Shown here: in pieces, positions 23,186-36,971 of the stretch
Position numbering within the stretch: the stretch's first letter is position 1
How the letters are laid out: each line of letters starts with the position of its first letter
Assembly: GCA_965655095.1 (NCBI GenBank)
Contig: OZ296652.1
Span: 42,966,001-43,030,000 of the forward strand
Reading direction: 5' to 3'
Origin: Haplodiscus bocki
Taxonomy: Eukaryota
DNA: 64,000 nt
Translations under genes and position numbers: made by a program
The notes under the pieces: generated by a model
What the model saw: the letters and a program-made list of their open reading frames with translations, nothing else
The model's database searches: none
Told to the model about the DNA's origin: nothing

Positions 23186-25119
23186 TTTCTTTTCGTATTA
23201 GTTTTCAAAAAATCGTAATTTTTGAAAAAATTGTTGAACGGGAATCGTTTTGTCAAAATTTTTTAATCGGATCTTAATTTTGAATCAAAATAGAAACTGC
23301 TTGGTGTCCTTTTAGTAGCTCGCGTAACAAATAAACCAATACTTGTTTCTTTTTCACATGTGAGAAAGTTATAATATTCAGGTTTTCTATAGAAAAGATT
23401 CTGCATAATGAGACGTCCGCGCATATGCGTAATAAAAAAATAGGCATAGTGGAGTCTGGGTTTGTAATCCCATCACTTACTCGCAGATAACGCAAGTAAG
23501 TCAAGCGAATCGTTTGCAGTAAAATTGAGGGACGGTGAATTTTTGGCTAGTTTTGACTGGTTAGGAGTGAGAGATCATTAAATTTTGCTGCAAATTGTGA
23601 ATCTTCAAAAGAGACCGTAATCAGCGGTAACCTGAAACAGGTGAACTGTATTCGTTTCCCTGTGCATTTTGTTAACAGTGCCAGAGTTAAATACTGCGTA
23701 ATTAATTGAAGAAATAATCACAGATAAAGCTTTTTTGAATGTGTTGTAAATTGCGCCTTCATTAATCAATCGGTGGTTTCCTAATACTCACATAATTACT
23801 TGGATGATCATATCGATGCAGATGGAAACTCAATTTACAAATACACCTGACCTCAATAATAGCTCTCCATTTATTTGCATTTTCACATAAATTTATTGGG
23901 CCTCTTGAGCTCCTTCTAAACCTACCGCATGTTGGTATTTTGCTTCTGTTTTTGGAGAGATTCGATTCCGCGGTTTGTACCAAATTTTCATTTCGTGTTG
24001 GTTTAAAGTCTAATACAATAAGAGAAACCCGAGTAGTGTGGCATTGATGTGAACGCAGTGACAAAAATGCTGGTGGATTTCTCCAGGCACGGCGGAATTG
24101 TCAGCCGCAAAAGTCTTAGAATTTCATCAAGTTCATAATAGTTTGCGTTTAAAATCTTCGACCAGTATTACAAAAGTCAAGAATATGCATTTCTCTCATG
24201 TTTTCACCAATTAGCCATTGTTACTCATTCTGACTCAAAGAATGTGTATTGAAACTTTAGAGGGTGGGACAAAAAGATGATTAACCCATAGATACGGGCT
24301 CCAGACTCCGTCTTTGGGAGAAGCTATTTTTTTTTACCATCGAATTCAACGAAATTCTCAAAACATTGCAGTCTCTTGTTGGAGTCCTAGGCCTGCGGCC
24401 ATCCTGGAAAAGAAAATCCAAAGTCTGGACACGTATTGTATTACGTACAAGAGTACAAAAATCCCATTTTTCCCAAAACCAATTACCAAAATTTTTGATC
24501 CGGTTGCTTGACCCGTACGGGCAGCGCCGACTTGAGCCTTCCTGGCTTGATGGTGTTTACACAGGCTAATTTTCCCCTTTGGATGATTAGTGTTTTACAC
24601 TCAATCAAAAATAGCTAATTTTTCCTTTTCGATTTCGACTGATGGCTACTTTTCAAAATTGATTTTAGCAGAATTTTAGCACTTTTTTCAACTATATCAG
24701 TTTTCTGGCTAATAAGGGAAATTAAAACGATATAGAAGGTTTAAAACTGCAGAATCTATTGAAATGCTTCTTTTTTAACGTTTATCAATGGTTGAAATGG
24801 CGTTTTTGATGCGTCAAACCTAGCTAAATTCGATTTTTTTCCAGAATTTTCAGATTTTATCAAATTTCGCGCCATCTAAGAAGCGAACTCTGACGGCGTT
24901 AGCTGAATTTAGCTGAATTTTCAACGTGTTCAATTTTGAGGTTTTTCAATTGTTAGAATAATCGAAAATCAGTTATTTTTTCAATTTTCGCTCTTTTGCC
25001 TGCTAATTCTGCTTTTAGCTACAATCGCATCAACAATTCCTAGGAGGGGCCCATTTAAAAATCAATAAAAATCTGGCGTTTTGCATGAAAACGATTCTCT
25101 TAAAGTCTTCTAATGTCGG

Positions 25120-26930
25120 CGAAAATAGCTTTTTCTATATGTTTGCCGAAATTTCCGTAAGTTCGCCTTTCAAATCTGCTTTGTGATCACGAATCCAGCG
25201 TAATTAAATAAAGTGAAAAGTTTGGAGGGAATCCTCAAATTTGATAGATTTGTCCAGAATTGTATTTTTGGTGCTTTAACATCAACCATGAAACACCTAA
25301 TTTAAGATTTTTCGTTTTTCCCTTCCGAATCAGCATTTTTGCTAAAACTGCGCCCAGTAGAATGAAAACGCTTTAGTTGTCGCGCGGCATCGCTTTCTCT
25401 AGCTTCATTCTTCTCAGGAAAACTATTTTTTATACGACAAAAGAGCCTGGTTTAGCCGTAGGGAGTCCTTGTTTTTGAAGGTGAGGAAGCGAAGTGAGTA
25501 AGGCTTCTATTGTTGACACTTTTCGAAGTTTTTTCCTGCCACTTTTTTGATCGAAGTAATTTTTTTTCATTGCCTTCTTGCAAATTTTTAGCCAAGTTCG
25601 TTACTCCACTCCATTCACGTCTTCCAACGATAAAAATCACCACTTTCAAGCAAGAATCAATGTAAACCCGATAGAAAAACACATTATACAAAATGTGCCA
25701 GTTTTGCTAAGCCAAAACAAGGCATATTGGGCTAATTTTTCATTTTTTCTAACTGCCTATTAGAAGAACTTTTTGCTCAGAATCTACTCATAATAGTAAG
25801 AACTTACAGTTTCCGCTTCATTTTGCACTTCCTTTGCGGTAAAAACGCGATTTTAGGTGTGATATACCATGTTATTTGAAATATTGCCCGAATTTTGCAT
25901 TCTCTGTCCCAACTTTGCTTAGTGTGCGCACCATTAAACTCTTCACACCGAAACTGATTTTTTAGGACAACACCAAATTTTGAAGGCAGTTCATGTTTTC
26001 CTGGGAAACACTAGTTTTCGGATTTCTTGTACAACAGTAGCTAATTTTTTTCGGACTTTTTTGCCACATCAAACTCGTTGAATCCACGCAATCAGAACGA
26101 AGCAGTACGAAATATTTTGTCTGGAAAGTTTTCTTCAAAATTTTGATGTTTTGGCTGAATTATTGCGCTTTCAGCGTTTTAAAGGAAGTCGAAAACTTTC
26201 GTGACTATTCCAGAGTTTTCGCACTTTTGTTTGTAGCTCTGTCATAGCTAGCATTCCAAACTAAAAGATGAAAAGAGCACCAATCTAGGACATTGCCAAA
26301 AATTTTCTGAATATTGAGTTTTCTCAGTTGTTCAAATGGCGTTACTGATGCTCTAAAGTAATAAACCAAACGAATCTAATTTCGTAGTCCTGTCCAGATT
26401 TCTGCCTTCCATGGCAACTTTTCGGCTACCAATCAAAAATTATAAAATGGGCAAGCACAAATATTATTTAAATACAGCGGAATCATCCAGTTGTATTCGA
26501 TATTGAGATTTTGCGATAATTTGGAAGGATTCGAGAAATATCTATTTTTTTCCAGTTCGGGGACTTCTCGCTCTTGCCTGCGAAGTCTGGCTGTAGCAAA
26601 CTTCAATTAGAAACCAGGTCTTTTGCGAGAAAATGGTTTTTTTGGAGTCAGCGAAAATAGATAATTCAACGTTTTTTCCAAAACTTGTGCCTTTCAAATC
26701 AACTGCGATCACGAATCCAGCTTAATTGGATAGAGAGCGAAGAGTTTGAAAGATTTTCTCAAAAATTCGAAAGTTTAGTCCAAAATGGTACTTTGGTGGT
26801 TCAAAGTCAGCCACGAAACTGCTGACTTTAGCGATTGCTCACAGAACTTTTTTTGCCTTACAAGTCAGCTTTTCAGCTATAATTACGTCTAACGAGATGG
26901 AAAGATGTAAAGTTGAACATCGTGCTGCAA
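25120..26930 (+). repeat. Diverged direct duplication (~25120-25400 vs ~26650-26930) inside an old repeat
   Basis: CGAAAATAG...GCCTTTCAAATC...GATCACGAATCCAGC.TAATT...AGTTTG...TTTGGTG occurs twice, ~1.5 kb apart. Confidence 0.6.
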
Positions 26931-27575
26931 AATCCTTTTGAAATAATATTTTGAATGTCGACAGTGTGACAGGTTCTTGTTCATTTTCGTATTTTAAAAT
27001 GTGCAAATTCTTAAGCATTGGGCTGGACAATGGCGTGGAAAATCTCCAAACAGAGGCGAAACGAAACTTTGCAACAGATTCTGACTTGTCAGACGGGATC
27101 AAATATTTACATCTCGAATCAAATATCCTGATAGAAATTTGAAACCTTGGTCGGATACATGATGCATTCTTTTAGAAATACTCCTCCTGCTATCAATCAA
27201 AAGTTTGTTGTCAAGTTCCTGTCACAGTGTCTCATAATCAATCTTTTGATCTCTCAATCATATATTTTCAGTTCCAGAATATCTGAAGATTGATTCCAAG
27301 TAGTAAAACAATTCAGAAGACTCGACTTTTCTTTTTTAACACTTTACCATACACCATAACGATATATAGTATGCTTTTTATAGGTTTCTTTTGGTATGTT
27401 TTATTTTGTTTCAGAAATACGTGAAGGAAGCGAGCGCGCCTTAGAGTGCGAGATTAATCCTTTAGAATTGGCTGCAAGTCATACTAAAAAAAGTTTTCCG
27501 TCTCTTCAAACATTGATATGATAGCTCCGTTTTTTTGTTTTCCAGGTATTCGAATGGGAATAGTGTTGAAACGAG

Positions 27576-29066
27576 ATGAGTCATGAATTCGAAGGCGACA
27601 ATGCTGCTTCTGGTAGTAGCGAAACTAGCAATCAGTTGATTCTGTTCAGAACAGACTACACTCCTCGTGAATCGGAACAGGAGACAGACACGCTGTCCAA
27701 GAGCAGATCTGGGCGAGTCTACAAAAGACGCTGGTATGTCCTATTCGTGTACTGTTCAGTGGGTTTTGCCAACTACATTGCTTGGAACACGTGGGATCCA
27801 ATCCAAAAAAGTGCCAAATACGTGTACGGGTGGAACAACGGAATTCTATCTCTGCTCGCAGACTGGGGATTATTCACGTTGATCATCTTTCCACCCTTCT
27901 ACGCGGCTCTGTTGAAACGACATGGGCTGAGAACGGCAGAGTTGACCACTATTGGGTTAATGTTTATTGGCGCTTTCCTCAGAATCATTAACTGGGGTTT
28001 CGGTCTTTGTAACACTATCATGCTCAACATTAGCCAGTTTTCAACGGGAGCCGGGGGTATTATTCCAATGGCAGGTGCTAGTTTATTGTCCTTGACATGG
28101 TTCCCAGAAAACGAAAGGAGATTTGCTACGTCATTTGCAGCCGGAAGTCAACAGATTGGTTTGGCGCTCTCGTTCTTGATTGGTCCGTTGATAGTTGGTG
28201 AACCTCCATCTTCAAATTCACATGAAAATTCTTCTGCCACGAAAGCAAAACTGGCCCATGAAATTGACGTTTACATGTGGATACAGTTTGCGTTTGTAGC
28301 GGCTCTGGCAACGTGCGTTCTAGTTTACTTTCCCTCACGCCCACCGTCGCCACCTACTATGTTGTCAGTGAGTCAGCGGCACTATATGGGAGTGTCCTTG
28401 AAATTGATAGTTCGAGAACTAAAGTTTTGGGCGCTTGCCTTCTCGTACGGTCTATTCAGTGGAATATTCAACTCATATCTCGCAGTTATCGCTATTGATT
28501 TAGCTTCCAACTCTTCTCTGAATTTTTCTCAATACTCCTGCGGTTGGCTTGGTTTTTCAACTACCATAATTGGCGCCATGTCTGGTATGCTAGTAGCCGC
28601 CATTGCTGACTGTTTACGAGCCAGAAACCCCATCCGGAGAATGTTACTAGCACTACTAGTAATCGGGTTCATCGCATTCGGAACTTTTTTACTCATAGCA
28701 AAAGAATACGTATTCATAGAACCACGACTCGCACGCGACTTCTGTATTTTCCTCACCGTTATAACCACTGGCTGTGCATCTGCAAGCACAGTGCCCTTAA
28801 TATTCGAAATAGCAGCTGACATCTTGTACCCTATACCTGAAGAAGTGGTTGGCTCTATGTTGGTCTTGGTGCAGAATTCTTGTGGCCTGGTCTTGCTCAT
28901 GATATTTTTAATACCTGGAACTGGCATAGAGTGGCTAGACTACGCAGTATTAGGTGGCATAGTGGCGACGTTTCCAATGGTGTATCTCCTTGATGATACC
29001 AATGTTAGAGCCATGGCTTCTCAATTCAACCCTAATGGTGCTTTCAGCTATGATGTACTAGCTTAA
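27576..29066 (+). CDS. SLC49A4: MFS transporter, SLC49 family (SLC49A4/DIRC2-like), intronless CDS, 496 aa
   Basis: About 12 hydrophobic segments and family motifs VYKRRW, WNTWDPI, LSLTWFPENERRFATS, FPSRPPSPPT and FEIAADILYPIPE. An acceptor TTTCCAG at ~27545 suggests 5' UTR exons. Confidence 0.9.
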   Translation: MSHEFEGDNAASGSSETSNQLILFRTDYTPRESEQETDTLSKSRSGRVYKRRWYVLFVYCSVGFANYIAWNTWDPIQKSAKYVYGWNNGILSLLADWGLFTLIIFPPFYAALLKRHGLRTAELTTIGLMFIGAFLRIINWGFGLCNTIMLNISQFSTGAGGIIPMAGASLLSLTWFPENERRFATSFAAGSQQIGLALSFLIGPLIVGEPPSSNSHENSSATKAKLAHEIDVYMWIQFAFVAALATCVLVYFPSRPPSPPTMLSVSQRHYMGVSLKLIVRELKFWALAFSYGLFSGIFNSYLAVIAIDLASNSSLNFSQYSCGWLGFSTTIIGAMSGMLVAAIADCLRARNPIRRMLLALLVIGFIAFGTFLLIAKEYVFIEPRLARDFCIFLTVITTGCASASTVPLIFEIAADILYPIPEEVVGSMLVLVQNSCGLVLLMIFLIPGTGIEWLDYAVLGGIVATFPMVYLLDDTNVRAMASQFNPNGAFSYDVLA

Positions 29067-29737
29067 TAATTTTTTACTTTATCAAATTTATCCATCAATT
29101 TGCAATGCCTCATAGTTTGTAAGTTTTGATGCACCTTCAGCATCATTTTATTCATGAATAAGTTCTGATTCGTATGTCATTTTGAAAGTTTGCTAACATT
29201 ATTTGATGGCTCACTTTTGTAGTGAAGTGAAATTTTCCAGCATTTCTTAGTTTATTCGTTATTGTAAAACAAAATTGCAATAGAAGCTCTTGCGGCGAAG
29301 TTCCCTTAACTTCTTGGAAACACTGTAGCGTTTGGATGACGTTTAAGTTTCAATGCCTTGTTCATACGTTACTTTGAAATTACACTGGTTTCGTCATGAC
29401 TCTCCGGAAACTGTCAATCCTAGTATCGAACAACCGGAAAAGTTTTATGCTGTCGTTTTGATTACAGAAGCTATTTATTATTGTGAGCGATAATTTATCG
29501 CAAATTTTATTCTTTAATTTGATGATTTCGCTTAGAGCGCTTTTACGAGGGAACAAAATTTCCCCGACTTTGCATTCCATTTTCCGAGTATTTAGTCGGT
29601 ATTTTTTCAAGCAAAAAAGTCAACTAATACTGCACTCTTTTTCGTAAAACGACAGAGTTAGTTCGAATGCAACCGCTTTCTGAGGACTTGTTGAAAATGA
29701 AGCTTCTGAATCGGCGATTCGCACAACACATATTTTC

Positions 29738-30200
29738 TTATTTTTGGCCACATATTTTTGATTAAGAAAAATCGTTCACTCAGTAGGGTCGTTTTTCTTT
29801 TTTCGATGTACTTTGCCAAGCTATAAAATTTGAGCTATAATGAATGGTCTCGACAGTAGCGTTAGGACAAAGACTTCCCAAGCTGTAGTTCTGGATTCGA
29901 ATCTCTGCCTTGCCATATAACTTTGTTTTCCCTGAAATCGGAATTATGTGAGAAATCCGGTTGGAACAGTGGGTAGTACAACAGGGTTTTAAATCGCTCG
30001 GTACGAGCTCGAATCGTAGCATTTACCATGTTTTTTTCTCCTTTCGTAATTTTTTAATGCGATTGTAACATTGTTTTTAGTCGATTTTTCAAATTTCGGT
30101 CAAATCACTTCTCGAATGAAAGTATTCCATTGAGTAGTGCAGTTTTTTTCTTTCCCAGAACTTCTGAATGTAACGCAAACGTCGTCTGGCCGTGTTATTT
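29738..30200 (-). mobile_element. Second copy of the tRNA-module-bearing HINE-like element, without the satellite
   Basis: Left end matches the reverse complement of 20370-20430. Two tRNA-like modules on + (~29852-29915, ~29960-30030) align to those at 20268-20335 and 20145-20215. Confidence 0.65.
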
Positions 30201-33200
30201 TCTTGTATAATACACACTGGCCGTGTCACCGCAAATAGACGGCCCAAACATGCAACGATCCATTCCTCTTTTAAGCCAGTTTTATGTTTCCAGAAACTTT
30301 CAGTAGACTTTTCGATACTTTTTGCCCCATATTAGTTTTTTTGGATAATTTAGGTCTATGACTAAGTAGCTTGTTTCCTGAGAGGTTTACCCTTCTCAAC
30401 CTAGATCAATCAACTCAACCCGTTTCAAACTTTTAGAAAAATGGGCAAAAGTTTTGTATAACTTCTTTCCCCAAAAATTTCATCTTTATAAAAAATGATA
30501 TCTGTTTTGAAAGCTTGTAGTTTTTCCTTAAATGTATCTTTGGATCACCCGTATAGTGCTTTGGCTTCCAACATCAAAAAAGCACTTCAAAAAACATTTT
30601 GCCTGGAAAAAGTGTTGTCCCTAGTCAGACCAGCCTGAAGCACATGTTATTCATCATTCTCATGATTCAAAGTCACTCTCTCCAAAACAACCTGCTAGAA
30701 TTCTATCAAGATCTCAGTCCTCAACTTTCTACTTATAGATGAAAAATATGCCCAAAACTGCAGGCCGCAATTTTTTCAAATTCTTTTTCCAAACTACGGG
30801 CTGATTTTCATCGATTAAAATCCCAATTGACTGTTGTAAACTTTTGAAGGGGTATTCAGTGAATAATCTCCTGCGTTTTGACTTTCCAAATGGAAACCCC
30901 GTTAACCGAAATTGGCCAAAACTCTAGTTACAGATTTTGATCCGTGATGTTTATCGTTTTTTAATACTACCAGTAGAATTCAACCGAGGTCTAAATTGGT
31001 AGCCTTATACTTGTTGAATGTGTTTTGAAAACGTTTTTTCCTGTTAAGTTCCTTGCATTGGATAACTTATGGACCCAAATAGCCAAAAAGTTCATAGAAG
31101 TAAGATTGTGCAACTTTTAAACCTTGATTTCTCCAATACTCACGGCGAAATATCTTCGTCGAGCTGCCAATCGACACTTTCAATACTAACAAATGTTTTT
31201 AAACTATAATCGACAACTGACCTGCTTTGCTGATAATGCCAAAATTCTGTTAATAGTATGGATCGTGTTGATATAAGTCGCTTTTCTTCCAAGACTACCG
31301 GCTTCGTTTCCTTCATCTTGGAGTCATTCAACATTTTCTTCTAATACAGACTTCATGCAACTATCATTTCATGCATTCGGTTCATGGCAGCTGAGAGGCC
31401 GAAATTGTCAAAGTCTCATTCATGGCTCTTCTTTATATGGAAACTCATTTCCTTCCAATACTACGGCCTGCAATTTTTTACCAAAATCTCAATCGAGAAT
31501 GTTCTACCTGCAAGCGGTCATTCAATAACAATTTGGATTGTAGTTCTAGCATTGAAACCTGATAGATCGAATCGGCCAGAAGTTGCACAAGGGTTTATTT
31601 TTTCCTGTCTTCCCCAAAACAACTGGGTGCATTTCTTCCATGAATATATAAATCATGAATCGATATTCTTGTGCATGTGTATAGTTGATACTTTTTCTCA
31701 ATTTTTACATTTCGGTCCTGGCATCCGAGATTTGATAGGCGGAACTTGCCAATAATTGCAGATTCGTATTACTCGTCGTCATAATGAAACTCGTTTCTTT
31801 TTCGAAGCTACCGTCTGATTTTCTTCGATCAAGTTTTCAATGATCATTTTTCTAATCGTAGAACATGAATCAATACCAATATTTGAAGATAAGTTCCTTG
31901 GGTCGGAATTTTTTGGCGCGAAATTGCCAAATACTGCAAAGTGGTTTGATTTTTCTTGAAAATAAAACCGTCCTCCATAATTGCTTGCTGCCTTCCATGC
32001 CTCAAGGTCTCTGTCGATTTTCTTTTTGTCAAAAAAGTTACTTCATTGCCAAATATTGCGCTCCGTTACTACGGAATGCTCGAAGGCCGAAACTGTCAAT
32101 ATTTGCATATTTGTTTGATTCGTTTTGAATATTTCGTTAACAACTCTGTTTTTTTCGGGGTGTTACTCAACTTTTGATTTTCCAACATTGACTAACAACA
32201 TAATTAGGCTATTATCTGGGATTGGAAATTTTTTGGACTGAAATAGCCAGAAGGTGCAAGGATTTGCTGAAAATCAAACCTGCTCCACTCCAAAAATACC
32301 AGCTGCATTTCCACTTTAAATAGTTCCTCGACCGTCAACTTTATGGGTTGTTCAGTGCAAAAGAGACTTGATAGGCCTTCATAGTTAAACTTACGTATTT
32401 GTTCGATTCGTTCTAATCTTCAACTCGGTTTCCTTCATAATAACAGTCTTCATTTCTCCGTCAAAGTCAACACACAGCTTTGTTTTCGTAAAAATTGATT
32501 CAGTTTGCATATCTTGCGTTTTCATCGTTATTAAACAAAACCTAATTGGCTGAAATTGCCAAAAGATTTGCCTATGTATGATGATGCTTCGTTATTTTAA
32601 TTTTAACTTTTTTCCCAATATCTCGCTGCTTTTCTGTCACGTCGTCAATCGACAATTTTTTTTACTTGTGAACAGTTTTGAAATGTGGATTTTTATCTTT
32701 ACTTGCTTTCGTTGGATATTTAAGTGTCTAAAATTAAATTGAGGAAATTTTCATATGCGTATGGTTGTTTGAGTTTCCAACTTTCTCCAAAATTACCTAC
32801 TTCGCTTTTTCAGGGTCTCAGCCGGCAAATTTGTCTATTTAGAAAGTACTCGATTAACATACTGCCATATAGGTCGACTGTATTGGTACCCTCATCTGTT
32901 GAATTTAGCAATGATGCGATTCGTAATTGCTTTTTTCATTCAAACTCTTTTTTCAAAACTAAATGTTTTCTCAGTATGAAGGTCTTCTGAATAGACAGTT
33001 TCCTACTCGTGGAAACTGATTCAAAATTAGATCTTGGTCCTTATACTTTTCCTTGGAACCCTATGATAAGTTGCTAATGTTAAAAAATGCTGAAAAGAGT
33101 GTTGGAATTGATTTTTGTGGAAAACTTTGGAGAAAACGGATTGAGACACTCTTCGTTTTTTTGAAAAGAAATGCAAAACTTGATCGTAAAACATTGTGAT

Positions 33201-33549
33201 TGTGCGAAAAATTGCCAGAGCTAATCGGTGGCCTTGTTTGTTTTGCTAACCAAAAACGACTGTCCACTAGCGTGCCTTTTCGAACTATATCTATAAGCTA
33301 TATACCTCTACTGAAACGCTAAATTTATTAATTTTGAGTCCACAATTGAATGGCTAATCAAGTTTTTTTTTCATAAATTCAATGATAACAAAAACTGATA
33401 TTTGTTAAATTATTCGCCACCCCCCCCCCCCCCCACAACTACATCGCTCTACAAATCGAAAGGAGCCCGTCATAGAAAAACGAGGTTGTAAAGCTGTCAA
33501 CTTAATATAATCTTTCTCTGCGAGCATTGATTTCGATCGATAAAACTGT

Positions 33550-34250
33550 TAACTTTTAAGCATTTGACATGCTGGATGTATTTTTCAAAAGACGGAGATC
33601 ATCCCCTAATACCGCTGCTATCGTGAACGCACCTGTGATACCTTCTAATGCTCCGTTTCTCTAGAATCAAAAAACGTTCATGCCTTCGCTTGTACCGAAA
33701 TGAAGTGACAGGGTATGAATAAAGTTTATGGTGCTAGCGTCTTCTCAATTTCCATTGCCACCAAAAATTTGAGTGAAATGTTTTCCCAGAAATTTTATCA
33801 ATAGCATAAATAAAAGTGGGCCTCTGATTGAACCCTGGGTTGCAGCACTTCTGACTCCAGGAAATCCGAGGCTCTGTTGTTTAATTCGACGAATTGTTCC
33901 CTGTAACGATGCGAGTGCAAGAGTTGGAGACCTTTAACTTCAATTTTGTTGAAGGTTCGAATGTTGGTCAGTTGGCTTGTCAAAAGTTTTGGCAAAAACA
34001 AGGTACAGTTTTTTCAGGATTTCGTTAGAACGCTCTTCCTACCTTTGAAAGAGAGGTTCCAAAAGTAGTGAAAGTTGTGTGGCTGCTGAACGTATAACTA
34101 AGCCCAAATTGGTTTACATTTAGTGATTGTAGACTGCTCATACGGTACATTGAATTTTTATTGCTGGAAGACGTTCATTATGTAGCATAGTAGGCTTTTG
34201 GGTCTGTAGCATATAACGTCAGATTTATTTGCATTATTGAAAATGGCATG
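33550..34250 (-). pseudogene. CR1/L2-clade LINE reverse transcriptase fragment
   Basis: Minus-strand SAATQGSIRGPLLFMLLI corresponds to the (SGVP)QGSVLGPLLF RT motif. Heavily degraded. Confidence 0.7.
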
Positions 34251-34300
34251 ATTTGACCTTTATTCCTGCATTTTCGGTAAATTCTTTTATTAATCATTGT

Positions 34301-34797
34301 TGTTGTGAACCGGGGGTTTATGCTAGAATCTTTATTTGCGCAAAAGTCGCAAAAACAGTTTTTATAAAGAATACAATTCTTTAAAAAAGGTCTTTTACAA
34401 ATACTGGAAAGTTCTGAGTCTTGAGCTTTTCTGACTTAGCTGTTTTTATAAATGAATCTTAGTGAAATTTCAAGACTCTTTGTCAAGTGAATTTCAGGGG
34501 TGTTTTAAGAGAGCAAAAGAAAAGAAGGACTATTGCCTCCTTTACGTTCCGCATAGGATCGTTGTTAATGTTAGCTTTTTTTCTTTCTATCTCAGGACAG
34601 TTGTTCTGTCACGCGGCTTTTCTTTATTGGCTGAGCGTTAAAAGAATCGTCTTTTGCACTTTTTTGCGAGCGCGCTGCTATTTGCTTAGACTAAATGCTC
34701 GGATAATTCCTCTTCGGATAATAAATCTCTGAGTCAATTTCCCTGGATAATCACCTTTAGGAAAATGAACTAATTTAAACGGTACCGCATTGCTACA
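34301..34797 (-). mobile_element. Solo LTR (497 bp) of the adjacent Gypsy family
   Basis: TG...CA termini (TGTTGTGAAC...GCATTGCTACA) with a 4-bp TSD, TTGT (34297-34300 / 34798-34801). Its last ~55 bp match the LTR stub at 35046-35103. Confidence 0.8.
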
Positions 34798-35344
34798 TTG
34801 TTTGAAATAGCAACTCGAATGGTTTGCTGAGGAATTCATTGCAACTCTTCCGTAATGATTCCCTGGTCGAGTCGATTTGTCCAGATTTGTGCTTTTGAGA
34901 GTCAACGTCACACTTCCTGGTTTCCGATAAAAGTTCTTTTTCGAAAATGTTTCTTTTAGTTCTTTGAAAACACTTCCGAAAAATTGATCGCACTTTTGGC
35001 CTTTAAAGTGTCAATTTTGGATTTTGAACATTTAAAAGTGACAGTTCCGTGGATAATCTCCTTTAGGAAAATGAACTTAATTAAACGCTAGCGCATTGCT
35101 ACAACTCACCCCAGTTGACCAGAGAAGACTGCATTAGTCGCAATACTCGTCAACTAATAATAGTATAAATAACCAAAGTATAAATCATCAAATGATAATA
35201 TAAGGTGTACAATTTAATGTTTAAATGTTTAAAAGATTAATGTTAGGTAAAGTTTGAAAAGATACAAAATGTTTGTAAGCCTGAAAAGTTTTCGTTTTGA
35301 GAAGGTTTTTATGTGTTAAAGGTTCGATTGTTTCTTCTTGAACT

Positions 35345-36966
35345 TCAATTATTTTCTCCAGTGGGAACATTCTTTGCGTCAATGAGCCACCAGAGACGTG
35401 CATATTTTTGTGTCCAGTTCGGGTCCTGTTCGAAATTGTAGGCTGTGGGATAATAAACTGTAGAAAATCGAGTCTTGCTATTTCCTCGTTTAACATTGAA
35501 AATTGAATATTTTTTGGATTTTTCAATGTCCCATTTTTCAGCATATGTGTGGAGTGCATGTAAACATCTTTCTAGTTTTTCATATTGTTGGCCGTCAACG
35601 GCTTGGATTAGCTGGATGGCTTCGGCTCCTTGAATGTCTATCTCCACTCTCATCATTTGCAACTGTTTAACGAGCTTCTCTATTTCGGTCTGCTCTTTGA
35701 TCTGAGTGGCTTTCTTGTTAAAGGACTCTTTTATGAGCAAGATCATACTCGTCAAGTTTTTTCTTCAAGAGGATATTGCTCGTATTGGACTCTGACATTT
35801 CATATTGAAATGACTCCGCTTTGGAGGTCGCTTCATCTAATTGTTGTTTGACTTCTTTGTTCTCTTCGAACAAATCAGCAGTCACTCTCTCAGAAAGCTG
35901 TAGTTTAGATTCAGCGCGATCAGCGTTACTTTTAGCATTCGCTCGTGATCTATTAGCGCAATTGAGAAAAACTTTCAAATTACTGAGTTCAATTAACCGG
36001 TTTTTTTGTTGCTCGAATTCAGCAAAAGCCAACTCAGTTTCCCAAAGGGACTTTGTCAGTTGGGTATTTGCTTGGAAATTGGAACTCTGGCTCTGTCTGT
36101 GTTGTGGTTGAAACAGTTTTGGTAGTAGAGGACTTCATATTAGTTTCAGAGCACAAGGAAGTGTTGCAGGAGGAAGCTATTGTTTTCTGCGAATTGCAGT
36201 CAGAGGAAAATATTGGATTTGGATCGTTCAAGAAGGCTGTTACGACTCCAAATTGGGCTTTAATCTGAGCATTCAAGTTGTGGTTAGAAATTACATATTT
36301 TCTTTCATCGTGAAGTCGATCTTTCAAACGCCATTGGTTCAGATCTTTGGGTAATTTCACAACAAGATTTGAACTAAAGTTTGCGGGAATGTTGATAGAA
36401 CATTTCAGCTTCTTGTTAAAAATCTTGATGTCTCCAAGGCTTCTGGGAAGATACGTGTCATTATGATCCCTAAGGACACCATATTTTGGGAATCTTATAA
36501 ACTGCGCGTTGTCATTGTCAACATTCATTTCTCTCTCCTTTTGTATTTCTAATCTCTCTCTGAGATTGGGAAATGATTGTTTATCAGTAGGTAAACCATC
36601 ATCCAATCGTGAAGTTATACGAGAGGGTCCTTTTCTATCATCGAGTCTCGTTGACGAACGATGAGAAGGATTCAACTCATTGCTAAGTGTCATTAACTTT
36701 TTAGCACTTATGTGGTCTACTGATTCAGTGGCAACACGTTTGTTGGCATTTTGGTATACGGAGACTACCTTTTTATTAATTCGTCTTGCTTTTCTGGGTT
36801 TGAAGATAATATTCGGGGGTCTCAAATCATTGGGGATGAATCCTTCAGGATTAGTCAATGGAGTCAGACATAATGAATGTTCTAAAATTCGATTAAAAGA
36901 AGTGAATAAACGAAAAGTGAAGCAGATAATTTGCACAGAGTTTGGACGACTAAAATCATTTGACAA
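35345..36966 (-). pseudogene. Accessory ORF region between env and 3' LTR (basic N-part, coiled-coil C-part), probably one frameshifted ORF
   Basis: Abutting or overlapping same-strand ORFs 36034..36966 (310 aa), 35718..36032 and 35345..35755. The last two are E/K/Q/L heptad-rich. Confidence 0.6.
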
Positions 36967-36971
36967 AGCGA

